A stretch of 64,000 nt of DNA from positions 64,001 through 128,000 of the forward strand of contig BK006946.2 in the NCBI GenBank assembly GCA_000146045.2, read 5' to 3'. The translations under genes were made by a program, and so were the position numbers. Position 1 is the stretch's first letter. Each line of letters opens with the position of its first letter. This DNA comes from TPA_inf: Saccharomyces. Taxonomy: Eukaryota. Of this stretch, positions 57,325 through 64,000 are shown piece after piece. The notes under the pieces were generated by a model. That model saw only the letters and a program-made list of their open reading frames with translations, was not told the origin of the DNA and made no database searches.

Positions 57325-57420
57325 ATTGGGCTGGTTGGATGCTTGCTTTCAATTATGTATGAACTTTCACACAATTATGTATTATATAGAAACGTGTTAG
57401 TAGGCTCTTTTTTCGAATTT

Positions 57421-57429
57421 AAAAATTTT
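57421..57429. promoter_or_regulatory. RRPE-like element (AAAAATTTT) about 100 bp upstream of FPR3.
   Basis: TTAAAAATTTTA at 57418-57430, close to the RRPE consensus TGAAAAATTTT. FPR3 is a nucleolar ribosome-biogenesis-co-regulated gene. Confidence 0.35.
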
Positions 57430-59226
57430 ACCTTCACTTTTAAATTTTGCCGTCCTTTAGGAATGACGACAGTCCGTAGAGGGCTGAAAATTGAACAGCG
57501 AGCTAATACTAGTGGATTCTAATCAATGGAACATGAAGCATGTATCATAATCTCTGTTCTTGCCGGTTTTGACTATATAGATGTAGATGCAATCCAGATT
57601 TTAGTGAAAGGTAGAGGAAGCAAGCCAGTTGAAAAAGGTAGAAAGTATGCGATGTGTCATATACATTTGGCATATTCTCCCCATAATATCATGAACAGGT
57701 GATAGTAGAATGTTTGGAGCATTGATGACAGATTATTTCCAAAAGAAGTTTGATTGTGCGATCGCTCTCTTTTATGTTCTTTGATGCATTTTTGTACAAT
57801 ATATTAAAGTAACAAATCGGCGAAAGAACGTCAGTAATGTGTCGTTGCCAACCGTAAAGTGCTCGATGATTAATTTCACAATACATTTCAACCAAAGTGT
57901 TTTCATTCAAATACTGGCACAAAGGTTTGTTTTTCTAAGTGCCTATGGTGTGCGATAAAATGTTTTTGATGGAACACAGTTCATTGCTCAGAAAATACGC
58001 CATTTATCTATTTGTGTCGTTCTTCCTTCCAAGAATTACAAGAATTTTATTTTTTATTCAATGCTCAATCGTCTGCTCAAGGACTTCTGGTAAGTTACGT
58101 TAAATAATAGCTATGGCGCTTTTCTCATTTCTATAATGCAGAGTTGGTGGCTATAACCGTATTATCGATGTTATTACCGTTCGAATATATGTAAGCTTAA
58201 CATTGCCGCATTAGTTTTGCTTGAAGATGCTCTGTCCATATTTTGTTAACCCGTCTTAGAATTGATCATTGCTTGCTTTAAATAATGAAGATCTTTTGAC
58301 GAAGCCAATGACTATGCTGTCTTCAACTTTTGGCAGTAAAGCCAATTCTGTGAGAACTCGCGGGGAAACTCCAAAGCACACTTAGAGAATAAAAATACAT
58401 GGAGTCGAAGCATGACTCGGATGATTTCTAACGTCCTGACATTTACTCGAAAGTATTTCACTACCAGTGGGGTAAAGGACAATATCGACGTCCGTTGGCT
58501 ATGTTGGTAACTGAGATGAAGTTGTAACAAATTCCTGCAGGATGCTTTTACACTCACCGGTTGCATTTTCCTCATTTCATAGATAACAAAGTAAACAGAG
58601 CGCATTTTTTGGAGTATTTTATACGTCAATGCGACTTTGATACCTGAAATCCCCTTAATATTGGTAGGAACATTGGGCTCAAGCGATGCATTTTCTCTTG
58701 CATTTTGTTTCTCACTATTTGTCTTTTCTACTTTCAATTTTCTTATCTTTGTTCTATTCCCGTTCCTGTTCTATTCCCGTTTTATTTGCTGTGAGCAGGC
58801 CTTGTTATTGCCAACGTTTAAAACCATTTACTTTTTGTTTAAAAATCTCTCTTCTATTTCCACATCTCACCTAAAACAACGATCATTATATAACATGAGG
58901 TGTATTGTTTTTCCTCACCATACGATCAAATATAACATCACAAAGCTTACAGCAGAGCGACACTTTTTTGCTTAACAATTTGTATTTTGTATGATGCATC
59001 CAAGTCTTGCGCCAAGAAAGTCTACATTATAGGAAAGATCAAAGGAACTTGAAATAATGTATTCCTTTTTCTTTTCACGCCCTTTCTCTGGGTGATTGCC
59101 GCAATGAAGATATAAATATGCGAATAAAAAACCAATGCTCAATACAAATGCACTTATGAAACTGTAGTTAAATTATAATTTTACCTGCATATATATTATT
59201 ATAGAAGTTCGTTAAAATAATTATAT

Positions 59227-60172
<946 letters not shown>

Positions 60173-60494
60173 TTCGTTGGATGGCTATTACTTTGTTGTT
60201 TCGCCTAATGTAAAACTGATATTCAATCTTTAATGAGTAGTACATTTAATCTATTCATGTAACCCTTCCATTCGATAACCTCCATACCAACGAAATTTTG
60301 CAAAAGGAACAAAGCACACTCCAGTGGGAAACTGGACAAATCCGGTGAGTCCTCCCAGACGGGAAACGTGTCTCTCGCTTCTGTTGTCCGCCCAGCGGAG
60401 AAGCCCTCTCCAGAACGCTTTAGCCGCAACCGCAATGGTCTAGGCGGGCCGCTTTTCGAATCTGGTTAAGGAAAAAACTGAAGAAAAATATAAC

Positions 60495-60508
60495 AAATCC
60501 ATACATTT
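60495..60508. promoter_or_regulatory. Rap1-like site about 330 bp upstream of the RPL6A ATG.
   Basis: AAATCCATACATTT matches the Rap1 consensus ACACCCATACATTT at 12 of 14 positions, with the CCATACA core intact. This is the typical position for a ribosomal-protein gene promoter. Confidence 0.35.
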
Positions 60509-60729
60509 TAATAATGTACGGATTTAATAGCAGTCTTCACATTTCTTTCTTCTCCCTAAGCAGTAACAGGAGAGCGTTGAAATATGTTGTAATATATGTT
60601 GTAATATATTATAGTAAATATAACGTTATATAATAATAGCGCAAAATTATAACAAACACAGAAAAGACACCTGTTAACACACCAAATGTGCCCTTATTGA
60701 GCGTATAAAAGAATAGTTTTCACTGTTTA

Positions 60730-63700
60730 TTACTGCGTGTATTCTTGAGGAACTTCTGGCACGGGAGGTACCTGACCATTCTTGTCTTTACCGTAATTAA
60801 TCTTTACAATCAGATGACCGTCTCCTAATTTTACAGAAATTTGGCCATCTTGTTGAATTTGAGGGTCACCCAAGTTGATTTGAGCAATACCAAGATCTTT
60901 GTCCCTCGATAGTCTTTGATGGGAAATTGCACCCAGTACCAAATTGGCTTCGGGAGAAGCCTTGAACGAGCACTCTTCATCAAATACGGCAACACCATCA
61001 TTATTGGCTTTTTGGCTTTTCGTTTTGTATATGTGTTTTAGTCTACCACCTTGAGTTAAAGAGATCTTAATTTGAACATGCTTGGCAACGTTTTCCGCAG
61101 CAACCACGGTAATAAAACCATTGTAAGTGCCATGAGGAGCTAAAGTACGCGCAAAACTGCTTGCACGAGAATGTCCTCTAGAGTTGCTACTAGGGGTATC
61201 TTTTTTGTTGCTTGAGCTAGAAGTGTTGTCAGTTGGCTTGACTACAGGAGATGCGCTTTGAACGGGCGCGTAACTTGTGTTAGGTACTGATGGATCATAG
61301 TCTAGTGAAGCTCTTGGTGTTACACTAGTGCTATTCAAATTACTTGGGGATCTCCTATCAAAAGATTTTTTCTCTGATGATTTTTTTGCACCGTTGGACT
61401 CATTTCCATTGCTGCTCTTGCTTCTTTTCATTGGATTGCCACCTAGAGATTTTAGAAGGTGACCACCTTTCTTTAAACCACCAGTGGCAACTCCTGTTGC
61501 TGCTCCTATACCAGTACCAGCTATGCCAACAGTTGCATGGGCTGCACCACTGGCTATTTTCATCGGCTTATCAGTGATACCGCCTTTCACGATATCAAAA
61601 CTTGGCTTGATATATTCTGGGTTGAATGAACCTTGTAATTTGATACTTCCTTGTGTGTTTAAATTCAAATTCCAGTTGTAAGTTTTACCAACTTCTAATG
61701 AGGAAACGTCAAGTGAAGCTTGGCCTAAGTCGTCATTATCACCTGCACGATCCCAATCAAGAACATTAAATATGACTTGATTCTTACTTCTTGAAAGGAT
61801 TGGTATTTTAGCATCTTCGTTCCATACGGGATCCAATGTTTTCTTTTTAATGTTCGATTTGAAAACTTTTTTATCATTGACAAAGATGTGAACAAATGGA
61901 TCTGAATAGCCATTCCTATCTGCGGACTTCAGACCGTGTCCGGAAATAAGCTTTATATTCAAATAACCAGTGTCTTCAACACTTTCACTGCTAGGCAGTT
62001 TCACGCTAGTGGGCGTGTACAAAAATCTTACCTTCATTTTAGACCCATTGAAGTTTAACCACATGGGCTCTTCGTAAGCTTGCTTTAGTAGCTTCAATGT
62101 ACTATAGGAAGTTTCGGATATGACATCATCTGAATCTTTGGCAATATGTTTCTTCGATACTCTAAAATGTAGTTTACTGTAATTCAAATCTCTAATGAAA
62201 ATATTTGCCATCTCCGAGTTTAGTTTACCTTGAGATGGTTTCATGCAAATGAATACAGGGTACGAAATGTCATCCGCTAAGATTTCTAGGTAAGCAGAGG
62301 ATGGGCTCAAAGTCCCTTCCAATATTTGCATAGACAAAATACCAGATTTTTGCTTGATCAACTCGTTTAAAGATAACTTGGCCTTCCTGTTTATTTTTTT
62401 TTCATCGCTGTCAAATGGGTCTTCGATCTCGGCAACTTCCCATTCCTTTGGATTTTTTTCCATCTCTTGCTCGTTTTCTTCTTGGGTAGCTTCGAATTTT
62501 TTCTTCTTTTCCTTCAACTCCTTTTCTAGTTTCTCAACATTCACCAACTCCTCAGGGGAATACACCAGATTGATTGGGATAAATGTTGTTGAAACATTGA
62601 CAATGCTTTCGGTAACTTTGTGTTCGTGGTCTTTTAATTTTAGTTTTGAAATTTCTTCTTTGCCATTATTCCCAACATATTTTCCTGATTTAGGATCTTT
62701 TTTGAAAACATTTGATGTAGGAATTTGTACAGAGCCAATGAAACGGTCTTTGCCGATCTTTTGATAATCATGAAATTCGAGAGTCAAAATTTGATTTGGA
62801 GAGAAGATAGGAACGTAGGTGCTGTTGTCAAAAATGGGATGATCCGTATCAGAATGATATATGGACTTGTAAAGAACACGTCTATTCAACGATACGGTGT
62901 AATATGGATCAACATCCCCTACACCGGATAAGTCACCCTTGATAATGGCATCCTTAACGTCTAGCTTAATACAACCAATAGGTTCGCTTACAGAGTTTGC
63001 AGCGGCAAAAGCTCCGGTCATTTCAATTGATTTCCAAGAAACATCCAAATAAATGTCACCTTGTGGTGAGCCTTTAACAAACTCTTGAGCAGTGTCTAAA
63101 GTAGTCATTATATCATCTAAAGAAGATGAATACTCACAGATCAGCGCCTTACCATTCATTCTGTCATCGAATATTTTTAGGACAAACTTAGAGTTAGATT
63201 TTGATGGAACCAAAACTTCGATGGTCTCATTCCAAGATGGCTCATTGATACGTCTCAAAGTTCTATAGCTCTTTACTTTTTGTCCATCAATGAATAATTC
63301 AGCACATGGGCTCAAGCTACCGGTCATAGAACTGGTTGTATCCAGATATTTGACCTTTTGTAAAGTGATCTTGGCAATCCCGACATCAGTTTGAGAACTT
63401 TCTTCATTCTCGTCTTCTTCTTTTTCAGTAGTGTCCTCGTTTTCATCTTCTTTCTTGCCCTTGGCCTTAGCTTCGGCACGCTCAACTGCTTTTTCCTCTG
63501 ATTTATCTTCTTTCACAGGGAACCAGTGTAAGGAATAATGTAAAATACCTTTTGATTTTGTACCGGATCTTAATTCAGCAGTTTGATTATCCAAAACAGG
63601 GTTTTGTAGTAAATCTGCCAAGTCAAGTTGAAGATCACCAATTACGGTATCTTTTCTTACATCATTGAAGTCAAAGCACTTTAAGTTTAACTTTTGCTCT

Positions 63701-64000
63701 AAGGTGTTTAATAATAGATATTTGGTTTCGTTCCAACGTGGATTTTTAACATTTGATTTGATAGATGTACGCACTTCTTCATCTGTACCAGGCACAGCAT
63801 CTTCGGTAGTCATAACAATATAAGGATCGACAGTATTGGTAATGAAATCTGAGCCTTTCAAAGAGTCGGCAGAAGCAATGGTTACGGCAAGGACACCAAT
63901 AGCTTCTTTTGATTGAGCAGCCATAATGTCTTCAACATTAATATCCAAATGGTTCGGAGGGAATAGCATAGGCCCTATATTGGAGTTGATAATGTTTTTA
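60730..64000 (-). CDS. TCB3: Tricalbin 3 (an ER-plasma-membrane tether with SMP and multiple C2 domains), C-terminal ~1090 codons. The N-terminus lies beyond the window end.
   Basis: The frame is open through the window edge, upstream of the first Met at 63969. It has C2-domain motifs and a Ser/Thr-rich C-terminal tail. The position after RPL6A matches YML072C. Confidence 0.85.
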   Translation of the reverse strand, partial: KNIINSNIGPMLFPPNHLDINVEDIMAAQSKEAIGVLAVTIASADSLKGSDFITNTVDPYIVMTTEDAVPGTDEEVRTSIKSNVKNPRWNETKYLLLNTLEQKLNLKCFDFNDVRKDTVIGDLQLDLADLLQNPVLDNQTAELRSGTKSKGILHYSLHWFPVKEDKSEEKAVERAEAKAKGKKEDENEDTTEKEEDENEESSQTDVGIAKITLQKVKYLDTTSSMTGSLSPCAELFIDGQKVKSYRTLRRINEPSWNETIEVLVPSKSNSKFVLKIFDDRMNGKALICEYSSSLDDIMTTLDTAQEFVKGSPQGDIYLDVSWKSIEMTGAFAAANSVSEPIGCIKLDVKDAIIKGDLSGVGDVDPYYTVSLNRRVLYKSIYHSDTDHPIFDNSTYVPIFSPNQILTLEFHDYQKIGKDRFIGSVQIPTSNVFKKDPKSGKYVGNNGKEEISKLKLKDHEHKVTESIVNVSTTFIPINLVYSPEELVNVEKLEKELKEKKKKFEATQEENEQEMEKNPKEWEVAEIEDPFDSDEKKINRKAKLSLNELIKQKSGILSMQILEGTLSPSSAYLEILADDISYPVFICMKPSQGKLNSEMANIFIRDLNYSKLHFRVSKKHIAKDSDDVISETSYSTLKLLKQAYEEPMWLNFNGSKMKVRFLYTPTSVKLPSSESVEDTGYLNIKLISGHGLKSADRNGYSDPFVHIFVNDKKVFKSNIKKKTLDPVWNEDAKIPILSRSKNQVIFNVLDWDRAGDNDDLGQASLDVSSLEVGKTYNWNLNLNTQGSIKLQGSFNPEYIKPSFDIVKGGITDKPMKIASGAAHATVGIAGTGIGAATGVATGGLKKGGHLLKSLGGNPMKRSKSSNGNESNGAKKSSEKKSFDRRSPSNLNSTSVTPRASLDYDPSVPNTSYAPVQSASPVVKPTDNTSSSSNKKDTPSSNSRGHSRASSFARTLAPHGTYNGFITVVAAENVAKHVQIKISLTQGGRLKHIYKTKSQKANNDGVAVFDEECSFKASPEANLVLGAISHQRLSRDKDLGIAQINLGDPQIQQDGQISVKLGDGHLIVKINYGKDKNGQVPPVPEVPQEYTQ

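Noticed and set aside
60440-60463. TGGTCTAGG...TTCGAATC, resembling tRNA D-loop and T-loop fragments.
   Set aside because: The spacing is too short for an anticodon arm and there is no acceptor-stem complementarity. At most it is a degenerate fragment within the RPL6A promoter.

Overview
This window reads as Saccharomyces cerevisiae nuclear DNA from the left arm of chromosome XIII, a gene-dense collinear block running YML103C (NUP188) to YML072C (TCB3). I place it there from memory by recognising the proteins in the ORF track; I could not run any search to confirm it.

What is in the window:
- About 32 protein-coding genes on both strands, roughly 80 percent coding.
- Three spliced genes: GIM5, TUB1 and RPL6A. 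Each has a very short first exon (16, 25 and 15 nt), a GTATGT donor and a TACTAAC branch point.
- For several genes (VPS9, YML083C, ATP18, TDA9, DUS1, YML079W, WAR1) the annotated start is an internal ATG of the longest open frame, so the ORF track overstates their length.
- No tRNA, rRNA, Ty or LTR element, CRISPR array or prokaryote-style operon is recognisable. This is ordinary eukaryotic chromosome, not an accessory island.

What is worth a second look:
- A candidate H/ACA snoRNA on the minus strand in the 743-bp NUP188-CAC2 intergenic region (about 3763-3940). It has an H box, a GC-rich 3' hairpin and an ACA three nt from the end. I think it may be SNR85, but that is not verified.
- Promoter motifs that match the biology of the adjacent genes:
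  - a cluster of five STRE elements upstream of TSL1;
  - PAC and RRPE elements upstream of UTP14, and an RRPE upstream of FPR3;
  - a perfect proteasome-associated control element upstream of PRE8;
  - a Rox1-like operator and a sterol/anaerobic AR1 element between YML083C and YML082W;
  - a Rap1-like site upstream of RPL6A.
- A near-perfect (ATT) microsatellite of about 39 units between PRE8 and RPM2.
- RAD10 and YML096W converge and their coding sequences overlap by 6 bp.
- An in-frame 39-codon extension upstream of the DUS1 start that looks like a mitochondrial presequence.
- Two unusually long gene-free intervals, 1.5 kb (RPM2-UFO1) and 1.9 kb (FPR3-RPL6A).

I see no convincing evidence of a new multi-gene system here. 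The findings are individually modest.
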